DNA from: an uncultured delta proteobacterium
GTDB lineage: Bacteria > Desulfobacterota > Desulfobacteria > Desulfobacterales > JAFDCJ01
Direction: 5' to 3'
DNA: 64,000 nucleotides
NCBI GenBank assembly: GCA_963769935.1
Contig: CAVYNY010000034.1
Location: 79,006 to 143,005, forward strand
Both the position numbers and the translations under genes were made by a program. Below are positions 29,987-41,185 of the stretch, piece by piece. Each line of letters starts with the position of its first letter. Within the stretch, counting starts at the first letter, position 1. The notes under the pieces are model-generated. The model was not told the origin of the DNA, did no database searches, and saw nothing but the letters and a program-made list of their open reading frames with translations.

Positions 29987-30922
29987 ATGGAACAACCTAA
30001 AATTGCGGTGATTGGGGTCGGGGCAACCGGCACGGTATTGGCGGCAGCGCTTCTCAGTAAGTATCCCGAAACGGTTATCGTGGGGCGCAATCCCGCTGTG
30101 GGTGAAACACTCTTATCTGCGGGTATTCATGTTTCCGGAGCAATCACTTACCAAGCGCCGGTAAAAAATCTCGTCTCAGGAATAAAAGACCTCAAGGGTT
30201 ATGATCCGGATCTGGTTTTTCTTGCCACCAAGACCTTCCATCTCGACCGGGTGCTAAAGGAAATCGAAGATGTGTACCGGCCCGGCCTCAAAATAATTTC
30301 CACCCAAAACGGTCTGGGAACCGAGGACCTGATTGCAGGAAAATTCGGCTCCGACGCTGCCTTGCGGATGTCTTTAAATTATGGCGTTTCATTAAATGGT
30401 CCGGGACGGGCCCAGACAGCTTTTTTTAATCCTCCGAACCATCTGGGCGCATTGACTCCGGAAAATCGTGCTCCGGGGCTGCAAATCGCCGGTGTTCTCA
30501 CGGACTGTGGTTTGGAAACGGAATATGTCGATGATATCAGGCTGTATGTGTGGAAGAAAATGATTATGAAATGCACCATGGCCTCCATCTGCGCAGTCAC
30601 CGACAAAACCATCAAAGATGCCCTGGAATTTGAACCGACCAGGGAAATTGCCGATGCCTGTTTTAAGGAGGCGCTTGCCGTAGCCAGAGCCATGGGGTAC
30701 GATCTGGGTGAGGGGTATCTCGCGCAAGCTCTGGGATATTTGGAAAAAGTAGGCCTACACCGGGATTCCATGTGCAATGATATCGATAATAAAGCACCGA
30801 CCGAAATTGATTTTCTGGGAGCCAAAATTGTCGCCTATGCCCGCCGGAAGGGTATTGCGACCCCGTTTTATGTGGCCATGACCAATTTGGTTAAGGCCAT
30901 CGAAGATAATTACCTTGAATGA
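29987..30922 (+). CDS. panE: 2-dehydropantoate 2-reductase (ketopantoate reductase) family
   Basis: IAVIGVGATG, FLATK, STQNGLG, WKK, DSM, TEIDFLG; RBS aggagg. Confidence 0.85.
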   Translation: MEQPKIAVIGVGATGTVLAAALLSKYPETVIVGRNPAVGETLLSAGIHVSGAITYQAPVKNLVSGIKDLKGYDPDLVFLATKTFHLDRVLKEIEDVYRPGLKIISTQNGLGTEDLIAGKFGSDAALRMSLNYGVSLNGPGRAQTAFFNPPNHLGALTPENRAPGLQIAGVLTDCGLETEYVDDIRLYVWKKMIMKCTMASICAVTDKTIKDALEFEPTREIADACFKEALAVARAMGYDLGEGYLAQALGYLEKVGLHRDSMCNDIDNKAPTEIDFLGAKIVAYARRKGIATPFYVAMTNLVKAIEDNYLE

Positions 30923-31009
30923 TTTTTTCATCCGATGCATTGCACCGTCTGCGTTTCAGCCTACATGCAAAGATCGAAAGGTTGCTCTAATTTTAAACGG
31001 GAAAAAATC

Positions 31010-31432
31010 ATGGCGTTTCGCTCAAAACTAAAAATTCGCTTTGGTGATATCGACCGCGCGGGGATCGTCTATTATCCGAGGTTCATGCATTACTTCCACG
31101 TTGCGCTGGAGGAATTTTTCGCCGGCGTGTTAGGGATAGAGTATCATACTGTGGTTGATGTTCACCGCATCGGCTTGCCAACCGTACATCTGGAAACGGA
31201 CTTCATCCGGCCCTTCAGTTATGGCGACAATATCGAGGTGGAAGTGAATGTGCTTAAAATCGGGCGCACCTCAATTACCTTCGGTTATCGTGCGTTCAAA
31301 GGGGGAGAGGCCGATCCCAGGATTGTCGGCCATAATGTAACGGTCTGTCTGGACATGGATAGTTTTCAGAAAATGGATATTCCGGACTGGTTTAAGCAGC
31401 TGCTCGAGCAACAGCTGATCGCCTTCAAATGA
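31010..31432 (+). CDS. Acyl-CoA thioesterase (4HBT hot-dog fold)
   Basis: IRFGDIDRAGIVYYPRFMHYF, KIGRTS. Confidence 0.88.
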   Translation: MAFRSKLKIRFGDIDRAGIVYYPRFMHYFHVALEEFFAGVLGIEYHTVVDVHRIGLPTVHLETDFIRPFSYGDNIEVEVNVLKIGRTSITFGYRAFKGGEADPRIVGHNVTVCLDMDSFQKMDIPDWFKQLLEQQLIAFK

Positions 31433-31465
31433 TATTGTTTGTTGCCGGTTGAGCCCGATCCGGCA

Positions 31466-31780
31466 TTACTTGTTAAATAAGATTTTAAACTGCACGCCGT
31501 AGCCGTCGGAAGAAATTCTTACGATCTCGCCGGTAACCATCAAAAATTCATCTGCGGTCGGCAGCTTAATTGTTAATGCAATCTCCTGCCCCAGCGTCAG
31601 CTTCTTTTTGGTATAGATAAAAGCGCCCCCGGGGCTGAGATCCTGCACCGATGCGCTGAACATGCTGTCGATGGTCTCGCATTTGGCTGTCAGCAGCTGA
31701 TTCTTGACAAAGGATTTCCTTGAGCCATTCCGTTGATAGTATCTTTCTTCTTCTCTTTGAGTAACGTTTGATTGCGCCAT
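31466..31780 (-). CDS. Stand-alone PilZ domain protein
   Basis: REEER (RxxxR) and DLSPGGAFI (DxSxxG), GEIVR, GVQF. Confidence 0.85.
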   Translation of the reverse strand: MAQSNVTQREEERYYQRNGSRKSFVKNQLLTAKCETIDSMFSASVQDLSPGGAFIYTKKKLTLGQEIALTIKLPTADEFLMVTGEIVRISSDGYGVQFKILFNK

Positions 31781-31809
31781 GACTGAAATCCTTAGCCAAA
31801 AATAAACAA

Positions 31810-32955
31810 TTAGTTTGTGTTCAAGTTGTTGGCAAAACCCAGCAACATACCTCTTGATTTTGGAGACATTTCCCGAAATTGCATGCCCAGGGCGATGGCC
31901 GATTCATGCCCGATATCGATTTGCCGGCTCCAGATGACTTTGCCCGAAACATTGACCGTAAAATCCTCACTCGGCAAACTGATCTGGACGTTGGCATCTT
32001 TGATGCCGTCATTCAATGCTGGGTGGTCCCGGTATTCCGAATCGAGGACGACGCAGATGCCCCCGATCGATATATCCCTGGAATATCCTTTCAGGTTCAG
32101 GGGCGGGTTGCCGTTTGATCCCGCCTGGATCTGCAAATGAACTTTTACCGGAACCGGCTGACGACTTCCCATCCGCATCTTTACTCCATTTTCCTTTTCT
32201 TCAAGGCCGGACTGGGTTTCGAATAATTCAGCCAACCCATCTTCAACTTCGGGACATTTAACACATACTTTCATTAAATTTATCTTCGATATTTTAATAA
32301 GCTCGGTTTCGGAGATCGTTTCCACATATGACGTGGAAAGCCGCTTTTCCTCAAACGGATAGATATCACCGAAGAAATCATTTTCAGATAAATGAAAAGT
32401 GGATTTCTTGTATACGAGTTCATTGTCCGTATTGACGGGTTGAAAAGTTGTCGCCCGCAAAGCCCCGGAGACGATAAAATATAAAGACGTTTCCTCATCG
32501 CCCACTTTTTTCACCATTCTGCCGGCCGGCAGTCGAATCTTTGCCAGGGGATATAAAATGGATACAATCGCAGAATATGACAGATTGGAGAAGAATGCGT
32601 TGACCGGGGCCGAATGACGGCCGTTTTGGCTGGTCGTGGTAAAAAATTGCCTGATTTCCTCCGTATCTGAAGGTTGGCGTAATTTCCACTGCATGCTTTT
32701 GGATACTATTGCCTGCAGTGTCATTCCCGAGTCGATGAAAAGATTGGCAGCTTCTTCATAAGATTCGATCGCGGCCTGAGGCGATTTTTTTATGACCAGC
32801 AGGTCGGCATACGCTCTGAGCAAAGCAGGATCATTGGGAAAAATCCGGAGTACATTTTCAAACTCCGTTTTGGAGTCGATCCTGATTGAACCATCAATAA
32901 TCTGCGCAGCGATGCTTATCTGGTTGAAGACGTTTGGTTTTCGATCTGTTGCCAT
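31810..32955 (-). CDS. TPR-like + cyclic-nucleotide-binding + PilZ domain protein
   Basis: GDEETSLYFIVSG, NDFFGD; RMGSR and DISIGG; GKVIW, LGMQF. Confidence 0.8.
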   Translation of the reverse strand: MATDRKPNVFNQISIAAQIIDGSIRIDSKTEFENVLRIFPNDPALLRAYADLLVIKKSPQAAIESYEEAANLFIDSGMTLQAIVSKSMQWKLRQPSDTEEIRQFFTTTSQNGRHSAPVNAFFSNLSYSAIVSILYPLAKIRLPAGRMVKKVGDEETSLYFIVSGALRATTFQPVNTDNELVYKKSTFHLSENDFFGDIYPFEEKRLSTSYVETISETELIKISKINLMKVCVKCPEVEDGLAELFETQSGLEEKENGVKMRMGSRQPVPVKVHLQIQAGSNGNPPLNLKGYSRDISIGGICVVLDSEYRDHPALNDGIKDANVQISLPSEDFTVNVSGKVIWSRQIDIGHESAIALGMQFREMSPKSRGMLLGFANNLNTN

Positions 32956-33095
32956 GCCGCAATTCAGAAGTCATTCAAAATGTTAAATTTTCTATGGGTC
33001 TTGTCCGATTCAAACTCCACTATTTGCTTATCGGTATCATTGGGGAAATTCTTGAGGTGAAAATGGTTGCGGAATGTGGGGCTTCGGTGGAAAAA

Positions 33096-33145
33096 CGAAT
33101 GTCGAATGACGAATGGCGAATGAAGGAATTCTATCTATTTAATAG
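33096..33145. repeat. Heptamer arm (CGAATGN x4) plus conserved-core half element
   Basis: cgaatgt cgaatga cgaatgg cgaatga aggaattctatctatttaata. Confidence 0.65.
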
Positions 33146-33188
33146 ATTTGGGATTCGATTGTTTCTTTATCTCATGTGAAGATTTTTG

Positions 33189-34292
33189 TCATTTCGCTTC
33201 CGGCAAAATATCTTCCGACAATCCCAACCCTTCAACCAGAATAGATCGGTAGGTCGCAATGACCTCGTCTTTGTAATTGCTGTCTATTTGCGGCGGGGTC
33301 TGGGCAAGCATTATGCCGCTTTTAAGAATACAGGCTGTGAGCTGTTCGGATTTTTTAAACGTGATGCCCAAGCGGCCCGCTGATTTTAACTGCAGACCCC
33401 GGTCTTTAATGAGCGCGCCAAGCTTTCCCATGTCCAGATCAATTCTCCTGGCAGGGGAAAGCACAAAATTGCGCCGGCCGTCCCGGGCACAAGTCTCTTC
33501 AAAGAACCGGTCTTTAACCGCCCTCGGTTCACCGTCCGGTTTGGCACCGCACACCCGGCAGGATTCCAAGGACGGGATGTCCAGAATATTAAACTCAAAT
33601 TCCCTCAGATCAATATACAGCAGTTTGTTATACAGCTTGGGTTGTTGTCCGATCAGCACCCGGACGGCCTCGGATACCTGTACCGCAGAAACAATGCCGA
33701 GGATCGAAGGATGCACGCCGACCAATCCGCAAACCGGCAGGTCCTCATCTTTAAGCCCGGGCATAAAACACTCCAGGCAGAAAGTCTGACCGGGCAGGAT
33801 GGTGGATACGTTGCCGAAGGCTTCTATCGCGGCACCGAAGACATACGGGACTTTCAGCTTGTTGCAGACGCGATTCACGATATAGCGCGGCTCAGGCCGA
33901 TCCAGGCCGTCGATCACCACATCCATCCCGGAAATCAAGTCTTCAGCGTTCATGGAATTTAATGATTCCGGCACCGGATCCAGGGATACGTCGGGATTAA
34001 GGCGGCTTAATTTATCAAAGGCCACTTCCACCTTGGGCTTCCCGATGGATTCTGTGTCGTAGAGATGCTGGCGGTGCAGGTCCGATCGGGAGACGATGTC
34101 GCGATCGACGAATCGAAGGTATCCGATGCCCATGCCCACCAGTTTGAGTGCCGCCGGAGAGCCCAAACCGCCCACCCCGATGAGGCAGACTTTTGCGTTG
34201 CGCAGCTTCAGCTGCCCGTCATAGCCAATATCGGCCAGAACGATCTGCCGCGCGTACGTGTCCAGTTCCTGATCTGTAAGCTCTTTTTGCAT
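33189..34292 (-). CDS. moeB: HesA/MoeB/ThiF family adenylyltransferase with C-terminal extension
   Basis: YARQI, IGVGGLGS, DRDIVSRSDLHRQ, DGLD, CLEC, CRVC. Confidence 0.85.
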   Translation of the reverse strand: MQKELTDQELDTYARQIVLADIGYDGQLKLRNAKVCLIGVGGLGSPAALKLVGMGIGYLRFVDRDIVSRSDLHRQHLYDTESIGKPKVEVAFDKLSRLNPDVSLDPVPESLNSMNAEDLISGMDVVIDGLDRPEPRYIVNRVCNKLKVPYVFGAAIEAFGNVSTILPGQTFCLECFMPGLKDEDLPVCGLVGVHPSILGIVSAVQVSEAVRVLIGQQPKLYNKLLYIDLREFEFNILDIPSLESCRVCGAKPDGEPRAVKDRFFEETCARDGRRNFVLSPARRIDLDMGKLGALIKDRGLQLKSAGRLGITFKKSEQLTACILKSGIMLAQTPPQIDSNYKDEVIATYRSILVEGLGLSEDILPEAK

Positions 34293-34373
34293 CGTTGGTC
34301 GCCTTAGTTGTGATCCAAAACCTTCATTTCTGGTAACGGAGAGTTAGAGGGGACAATCTCGCTATCTTGTAAC

Positions 34374-34511
34374 GATTGAATATTGATCCGCCGGAGGCGG
34401 AAAGGTATTTTTTTGATTCTAAAAAGGACGGAGCAGCACGCTGCGCGTGCGACATCCACAAATATTCAATTTACAATCTTCAATTTTCAATTCCGGCTTA
34501 GCCGGGTTAGG
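34374..34511. repeat. Composite palindromic element: heptamer arms, conserved core, nested palindrome
   Basis: gattgaa tattga [tccgccggaggcgga] aaggtatt...aaaaaggacggagcagc...aatattc aatttac aatcttc aattttc aattccggcttagccgggttagg. Confidence 0.7.
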
Positions 34512-34798
34512 ATATCACTATCCTCTTTTCCTTCGATTGTAAACGTAGTTTTTTCAATATCGAGGTTAACGGATCTATGAACGAAAACTGTTATTTTACG
34601 CTTCTTGACAATTTCATTTTTGCACTAATTATATGGAAAAAAATTTTTATCAGATTATACACAACGATATAAATCATTGCTGCATACTGGCCCGGGACTC
34701 TGCCCAATTGACCCTGTACGGCAGTTTGAGAATCAAGCCTAAAAAGGCAAATGCAGAATTAATTATGACGCTGTGTATAGCAGGAGGCTTAGAGCAAA

Positions 34799-36721
34799 AT
34801 GACCGTCAGAACCGAAACCCATGAATTCAAAACCGAAGTTAAACAATTGCTGAAATTGATCGTCAATTCCCTGTATTCCAACAAGGAAATTTTTTTGCGG
34901 GAACTTATTTCAAACGCATCGGATGCCATCGACAAACTGCGTTTCAGGGCCCAGACCGAAGAGGGCATTCTGGGCGACGACACGGAATTTAAAATCATCA
35001 TCGAACGGGATGCCATCAAAAACACGCTGACGGTTGAGGACAACGGGATCGGTATGACCTATGACGAAGTGTTGGAAAATATCGGAACCATCGCCAAAAG
35101 CGGCACCAACAGCTTTCTGGAAGCCATGGCCAAGCTCCACAAGGACGACACGCTCACCCCGGAGTTGATCGGCCAGTTCGGGGTCGGTTTCTACAGCGCC
35201 TTCATCGTGGCCGAGAAAGTAACCTTGCTGACCAGAGCCGTGGGCGAGGACAAGGCCGTCCTTTGGGAATCCCACGGCGACGGGGAATTTACCATCGCCG
35301 AGGCCGCGAAGGACGGCCGGGGTACGCGCATTACCCTTGAGCTGAAAAAAAAGGAAGAAGGCGACCAGGATTTCACCGACGAATGGACGATTCGGGAGAT
35401 CGTCAAGCAGCATTCCGACTTCGTGGCATATCCCATCGTAATGGAGGTGGAAAAGGACGAGCCCATCCCGGATGCAGAACAGATCAAGGATAAGGACGGC
35501 AAACCGATCGGAAAAACTACCCGCAAGGTGGTGAAAGAAGAAACCCTCAATTCAATGAAGGCCATCTGGGCTAAGAACAAGACCGACATCACCGATCAGG
35601 AATATGAGGAATTCTACCGTCATATCAGCCATGACTGGAATCCTCCGCTGGAAAAGCTTCATCTCAAATTGGAGGGAACCACGGAATACACATCCCTGCT
35701 TTACATTCCGTCCCAGGCCCCGTTTGATCTGTTCAACCCGGAATATAAACACGGTGTGCAGCTTTACAGCAGGCGCGTGTTCATCATGGATGACTGCCGG
35801 GAGCTGATGCCGGAATACTTCCGATTTGTCAAAGGGGTTGTGGATGCGCCGGATCTGAATCTCAACGTCAGCCGCGAAATCCTGCAACAGGATCGCCTGG
35901 TGCGCAACATCAGACGCAATCTGGTGCGAAAACTGTTGGATCTGTTAAAGGATATGGATCCGGATAAGTATGAAAAATTCTGGCAGGAATTTGGCGCTGT
36001 GCTCAAACTCGGTGTGCATACCGATATTGAAAATAAAACCAGAATTGCCGACCTGCTGCGTTACAAAACCACCAAGTCAGACGGCAAGTGGCGGTCACTG
36101 CAGCAATACGTCAAGGACATGCCGCCGGAACAGAAAGAAATCTATTACATCACCGGAGAAAACACCGCGGCGTTGATCAACAGCCCGCTGCTCGAACAGC
36201 TCAAGTCGAAAGATTTCGAAGTGCTGCTGATGACCGATCCGATCGATGAATGGGTTACGCAGGCACTCGCTGAATACGACGGCAAAAAATTGAAAAGCGC
36301 CGAAAAGGGCGACCTTGAACTCGATAAGGTTGATGAAGACAAAAAAGGCAAGTATGAAACTTTGTTCAAGCATATCCGGGTGCAGCTGGAAGATGCCGTC
36401 AAGGAAGTTCGCCCGTCCAGCCGGCTGACCAAGTCCGTTTCCTGCCTGTCGGGCAATGCCTTCGACATGAGCGGTTACATGGAAAAGATTCTCAAGTCGG
36501 CCGGTCAGAAGTTGCCTGAAAATAAACGGGTGCTGGAACTCAACATGGACCACCCGGTCATGGAGAAAATCCGCGGCATGTTTGAAGCCGATAAAAACGA
36601 TCCGAAATTAAGCGATTACATCCACTTGCTGTTCGATCTGGCGGTCATCGGCGAAGGCGGCAAGCTGGATGATCCTTCCAAATTTTCTAAATTGATCGGA
36701 GACTTAATGGCGGATAATTAA
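34799..36721 (+). CDS. htpG: Molecular chaperone HtpG (Hsp90)
   Basis: [50 protein letters not shown]. Confidence 0.98.
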   Translation: MTVRTETHEFKTEVKQLLKLIVNSLYSNKEIFLRELISNASDAIDKLRFRAQTEEGILGDDTEFKIIIERDAIKNTLTVEDNGIGMTYDEVLENIGTIAKSGTNSFLEAMAKLHKDDTLTPELIGQFGVGFYSAFIVAEKVTLLTRAVGEDKAVLWESHGDGEFTIAEAAKDGRGTRITLELKKKEEGDQDFTDEWTIREIVKQHSDFVAYPIVMEVEKDEPIPDAEQIKDKDGKPIGKTTRKVVKEETLNSMKAIWAKNKTDITDQEYEEFYRHISHDWNPPLEKLHLKLEGTTEYTSLLYIPSQAPFDLFNPEYKHGVQLYSRRVFIMDDCRELMPEYFRFVKGVVDAPDLNLNVSREILQQDRLVRNIRRNLVRKLLDLLKDMDPDKYEKFWQEFGAVLKLGVHTDIENKTRIADLLRYKTTKSDGKWRSLQQYVKDMPPEQKEIYYITGENTAALINSPLLEQLKSKDFEVLLMTDPIDEWVTQALAEYDGKKLKSAEKGDLELDKVDEDKKGKYETLFKHIRVQLEDAVKEVRPSSRLTKSVSCLSGNAFDMSGYMEKILKSAGQKLPENKRVLELNMDHPVMEKIRGMFEADKNDPKLSDYIHLLFDLAVIGEGGKLDDPSKFSKLIGDLMADN

Positions 36722-36736
36722 CTGAGTAGCTTGCAG

Positions 36737-39118
36737 CTATCCCCTTCCCAGTTCGGCAGCCACGGCTTGTCCGATTTTATCGATGGTATAGGGTTTTTTG
36801 ACATAAGCCCCGGCCCCCAGGCGCTGCGCTTCTTTGACTCGCCAGGTCTCCGAAAAGCCGCTGGCAATGATGGCTTTTTGATCGGGTTTGTGCCTGAGAA
36901 TCATCTTGTAGGTTTCAAGTCCGTCGATGCCGGGATCCATGATCATATCCAGGACGATGAGATCGGCTGAATTGTTTTTGATGTATTCAACGGCTGCTTC
37001 ACCGCTGGGCACGGAACTGACGCTATATCCTATCTTGTTGAGCATCAAGGTTGCGATTTGTCGCTGCTGCTCGACATCGTCTACGATTAAAATGGTTTCA
37101 CCATTTCCCTTGCTGACCACAAGGGCTGCATCGGATTGATCCTCCGGCAATGATTCCCGGGTGACCGGAAAATACAGCGTAAACGTCGTGCCGTCTCCTT
37201 CGACACTCTGAAGATCAATGTAGCCTTTGTGATCTTTGACGGTGCCCCATACAACCGCCATCCCGAGGCCGGTGCCGCTGCGGCCCATAATTTTTTTAGT
37301 GTAAAACGGTTCAAAAATGCGTTCTTGATCCTCAGGCCTGATTCCGATGCCGGTGTCGGAGATTTGCAGTAGGACATAATCGCCCTCTTCAATTTCGTCA
37401 TATCCTTTAACCGGCTTATCCAGGTATCGGTTTTGGGTTGAGATGACCATGGCACCGCCGTTGGGCATGGCTTCGGCGGCATTGGAAACCAGATTCATGA
37501 GGGTTTTTGAGAGATGGACGGGTGATCCGGAAATATTCAGAAGATCGGGATCAAGATCGGTTTCAACTCGAAGTCCGTCGTGGAAATTTCTTATTTTTTC
37601 AAATTCCGGGCTTGTCAGATGTTCGGCAATGATATTGTTCAGATTGACAACTTTGGAGATCGAAACCCCGCGTCTAGCCAGCGTCAGCAGATCCTGGACA
37701 ATGGCCGCCGCTTTGAAGCCGGACTGTTGAATGGTTATTAAGGGTGCTTTCAGATGACTGTCTGCGGCCAGATCCATCAACAGCAAATCCGGATAGCTGA
37801 TGATGCCCGATAAAATATTATTCAGATCATGGGCCACCCCTCCGGCCAGGGTTCCGATAGCCTCCATTTTTTGGGCCCGCTGCAGCTGAGTTTCCAGCTT
37901 CTTCTTATCCTCCTCGACTTTTTTCCACCGGCTGATATCCCGGGTGATCGTCAGGACGTGGTTTTCGCCGTTCAGGTCGATCACCCTGGCGGAAATTAAT
38001 CCGGGTTTGATCTCACCATTTTTGCAGCGAAACTTGGATTCGATGTTGTCGGCAAAGCCATATTTCTCCAGTTCGGAGACAATCCTTTTTCGATCTTCAG
38101 AAATTGCCCAGATTTGGATTTCCTGCGATGAATTGCCCAGGACATCCGATCTCTCATAACCGGTTAAGACGGTAAAGCCTTCATTGACTTCAACAAACTC
38201 ACCGTTTAATTTATTGATATTGACCGCATCCGGGCTGGTATGAAAGACGGTGCGAAATCTCTGTTCGCTTTCCCGCAATGCGGTATTGGCCCATTTGCGC
38301 TGGGCGATTTCCTTCCTCAACTCGGAATTGATTTTCTCAAGTTCGCTGGTTCTCAAGTTGACGCACAACTCCAGCTCATTATTGGCCGCTTCCAGGACTT
38401 TTTTGCTGTTTTCTGCTACTTCAAAGAGCTCCAAATATTTTTTCAAAGTTATGGACATGATGGAAGCAGAAAATCCCAAAAACCCGTATTCCATCAAAAA
38501 TTGAATCGTGGTCATGCCCAGGGAGGCCAGGGCATCATGGATACCCAGGGCGGCCCACAGTAAAAAGCCGAAAATGAAAACCCTGGCGCCGGTTTTTTGG
38601 CGGCTTTCGGATTTTACCCAGTAGGTCAAGCATAAGACCGCCCCCCCAGCCGAATACATTAAAAAGAAAGGGCCGAATAGGCCCAGGCGGGGTTCAATAT
38701 AGGGGTCATTCCAAAGCAGGAAATTGCGGTAGACAAATTCATCCGTGATGACGAGTTTGGTGGTCCACAGGAGTACCAGGAGCGTCAGGTTCAGAACCCC
38801 CGCGGCGCGGTAATAGCGCGGCGGTTTAATTTCGAGATAGGCAAAAGTGAAGCCGTACGCGGAATGAACGAGGATGATTAATGTTGTATATTGCAGCAGC
38901 GCGGCCAGGTGATTGATGTGATTGCCTGATGAATTGAACTGAACAAAGACGGCCGTTGAGTAGACGGCTGCCGCCAGAGAAAGGGCGGCACCCCATTTGC
39001 TCCAGGAAAAGCCGGGACCTTTGAAATAAATCCAGCTCTGGAAAATAAAGAAAAAAAAGGCGATGACGGCCACTGACAAAGAGCCGGCGGATGGTAAGGC
39101 GATGCGAGTATCTAACAT
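36737..39118 (-). CDS. Hybrid sensor kinase: 7TM + PAS + HisKA + HATPase + receiver
   Basis: GTLAGGVAHDLNNIL, NLVSNA, DTGIGI, FYTKK..GTGLG; IVDD, LDMIM, KKPY. Confidence 0.93.
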   Translation of the reverse strand: MLDTRIALPSAGSLSVAVIAFFFFIFQSWIYFKGPGFSWSKWGAALSLAAAVYSTAVFVQFNSSGNHINHLAALLQYTTLIILVHSAYGFTFAYLEIKPPRYYRAAGVLNLTLLVLLWTTKLVITDEFVYRNFLLWNDPYIEPRLGLFGPFFLMYSAGGAVLCLTYWVKSESRQKTGARVFIFGFLLWAALGIHDALASLGMTTIQFLMEYGFLGFSASIMSITLKKYLELFEVAENSKKVLEAANNELELCVNLRTSELEKINSELRKEIAQRKWANTALRESEQRFRTVFHTSPDAVNINKLNGEFVEVNEGFTVLTGYERSDVLGNSSQEIQIWAISEDRKRIVSELEKYGFADNIESKFRCKNGEIKPGLISARVIDLNGENHVLTITRDISRWKKVEEDKKKLETQLQRAQKMEAIGTLAGGVAHDLNNILSGIISYPDLLLMDLAADSHLKAPLITIQQSGFKAAAIVQDLLTLARRGVSISKVVNLNNIIAEHLTSPEFEKIRNFHDGLRVETDLDPDLLNISGSPVHLSKTLMNLVSNAAEAMPNGGAMVISTQNRYLDKPVKGYDEIEEGDYVLLQISDTGIGIRPEDQERIFEPFYTKKIMGRSGTGLGMAVVWGTVKDHKGYIDLQSVEGDGTTFTLYFPVTRESLPEDQSDAALVVSKGNGETILIVDDVEQQRQIATLMLNKIGYSVSSVPSGEAAVEYIKNNSADLIVLDMIMDPGIDGLETYKMILRHKPDQKAIIASGFSETWRVKEAQRLGAGAYVKKPYTIDKIGQAVAAELGRG

Positions 39119-39397
39119 ATTTGTCCTGTGGTTAATTCGATGTTCAACATCAGCGGTATCGGCAATTATCTAAAAAACTTAAGCAGTTCCAAAATTTTCT
39201 TGTAAACCGGATTCAAGAATGCGATATGTCTCAATCATACGCTGAAAAGGCCGAAGGCAGCACCTGATGCGCAGTCGCCGGCCCTGGCCGGGAGAGCGCT
39301 TCATCAGAAGCAGGATGAGAATCTCCCGACCGGCTGAGAGTCTGGTCATCCTTAGAGTCTTAAAAGTAATATCTTTGTATTTTATGAAAAAATTTTT

Positions 39398-39554
39398 CAT
39401 CACGAAAACACGAAATCTTGAAAGCACGAAATTTATTTTGTCTTTTTTTCGTGTTTTCGCCTGCCCCGTTAAACCTTTTTTTCTCTGTTTAACCGGGGTC
39501 CCTTCGTGCTTTCGTGATTAATGTCTTTTTTGGTTCCGGCTTGTCCGGGTTAGG
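39398..39554. repeat. Nested inverted element with CACGAAA-type repeat arms
   Basis: tcacgaaaacacgaaa..gcacgaaa pairs with ttcgtgttttcg...ttcgtgctttcgtga, interrupted by ccccgttaaac..gtttaaccgggg; ends ttccggcttgtccgggttagg, as at 34491-34511. Confidence 0.7.
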
Positions 39555-39592
39555 GGCTTATTTAAATCTTCAGATAACAGAGGAGGTGCATC

Positions 39593-41128
39593 ATGGATCT
39601 TGGGGGACTGGTAGCACGAAACGCTCGGACGGTTCCGGACAAAGAAGCAATTATCTACGAAGACAACCGCTATGACTGGAAAACGGTCAATAAAAAGGTA
39701 AATGCCGTTTCCAACGCCCTGATCAAGGCCGGCGTTAAAAAAGGCGACAAGGTGGCCATGTGGTTGTTCAACACGGACATGTTCGTTTTTAGCTTTTACG
39801 GAATATTGAAAGCCGGCGGGGTGGCGGTGCCTGTCAACTTCCGCCTGGCGGCGCCGGAGGCGGAGTTTATATTCGGCAATTGCGATGCGGCGGCCATCAT
39901 CTTTGATGACGCTTTCGAGCCGGTGATGCAGGAAATGAAGCCGCGTCTGAACAATGTGAATTACTTTCTTTCCGCCGGCAGCGGGCGCTTTGACACTTTC
40001 GATCCCCTGTCCGATGTTTTGTCTTCCGGCGACGGCGGCGAGCCGGATGTGCCGGTGGACGAATTTGATGAGAGTGAAATCCTATATACTTCCGGAACAA
40101 CGGGCAGGCCCAAAGGGGCGCTGTTTGTCCATCACAACCATATGACAGTGGTCGCTACCATGACGACGCTCATCGGGATTCACCCTTCGGATCGGCTGCT
40201 CCATGCGGCGCCCTTGTTTCATTCGGCGGAACTGAACCTCTATATGAACCCGGGCACCTATCTGGGTTGCACCCAGACGGTAGTCAAAGAGTTCGTGCCG
40301 CCTAAGATTCTGAATCTTATTGAAAAGGAGAAAATCACCCAGTTTTTTGGTGCACCGGTGATGTATTCTTTCATGATGAAGACTCCGGATTTTGACAAGT
40401 ACGATCTTGCCTCCGTGCGTTACTACGGATACGGCGCCGCTCCCATGGCCGCCGAGTCGGTCAATCAGATGATTTCAAAATTTAAAACCGACCGGTTTTT
40501 TTGCCTTTGTGGATTCACGGAGGCCGGCCCCGGAGGCATCGCGCTGCAGCCGGAAGATCAGGTCAGAAAAGCCGGCGCCGGGGGAAAATACATCGTCAAC
40601 ATGGAATCACGCCTGGTGGACCCGGAAGGTAATACCGTGACGGCGCCGGGGGTAGTCGGGGAACTGGCCATAAAAGGCGAAACCATTATGCAGGGATACT
40701 ACAAAAATCCGGAGGCCACCCGGGAAGCCATAAAGGACGGCTGGGTTTACTCGGGAGATTTGGGCATCATGGACGACGAGGGATACATTACCCTGGTGGA
40801 TCGTAAAAAGGACATGATCATCACAGGGGGTGAGAATGTGTACAGCAAAGAGGTGGAAGATGCCATCTTCGAAAATCCGAAAATCACCTCGGCCGTTATC
40901 ATCGGCGTTCCCCACCCGGAATGGGGAGAAACCGTCATGGCGGTAGTAACGCTCAGCGAGAACCAAAAGCTCACGCTGGAGGAGCTGCGCGAATTTTTAC
41001 AACCGCGCATCGCCGACTACAAGATCCCCAGGCTTCTCGAAGTGGTGGATGCTTTGCCCATGAATGTTTCCGGCAAGGTCCTGAAATATCAGCTCCGCGC
41101 CAGGTTCAAAAATAGAGCCGCCGGTTGA
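39593..41128 (+). CDS. Long-chain acyl-CoA synthetase (AMP-binding)
   Basis: YTSGTTGRPKG, GFTEAG, SGDLG, DRKKDMIITGGENVY, SGKVLK. Confidence 0.93.
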   Translation: MDLGGLVARNARTVPDKEAIIYEDNRYDWKTVNKKVNAVSNALIKAGVKKGDKVAMWLFNTDMFVFSFYGILKAGGVAVPVNFRLAAPEAEFIFGNCDAAAIIFDDAFEPVMQEMKPRLNNVNYFLSAGSGRFDTFDPLSDVLSSGDGGEPDVPVDEFDESEILYTSGTTGRPKGALFVHHNHMTVVATMTTLIGIHPSDRLLHAAPLFHSAELNLYMNPGTYLGCTQTVVKEFVPPKILNLIEKEKITQFFGAPVMYSFMMKTPDFDKYDLASVRYYGYGAAPMAAESVNQMISKFKTDRFFCLCGFTEAGPGGIALQPEDQVRKAGAGGKYIVNMESRLVDPEGNTVTAPGVVGELAIKGETIMQGYYKNPEATREAIKDGWVYSGDLGIMDDEGYITLVDRKKDMIITGGENVYSKEVEDAIFENPKITSAVIIGVPHPEWGETVMAVVTLSENQKLTLEELREFLQPRIADYKIPRLLEVVDALPMNVSGKVLKYQLRARFKNRAAG

Positions 41129-41185
41129 AAAATATTTTGAGAAGGATGGGCGCATACTCCGAATCACATCGGCAGAGGGAGTAAG

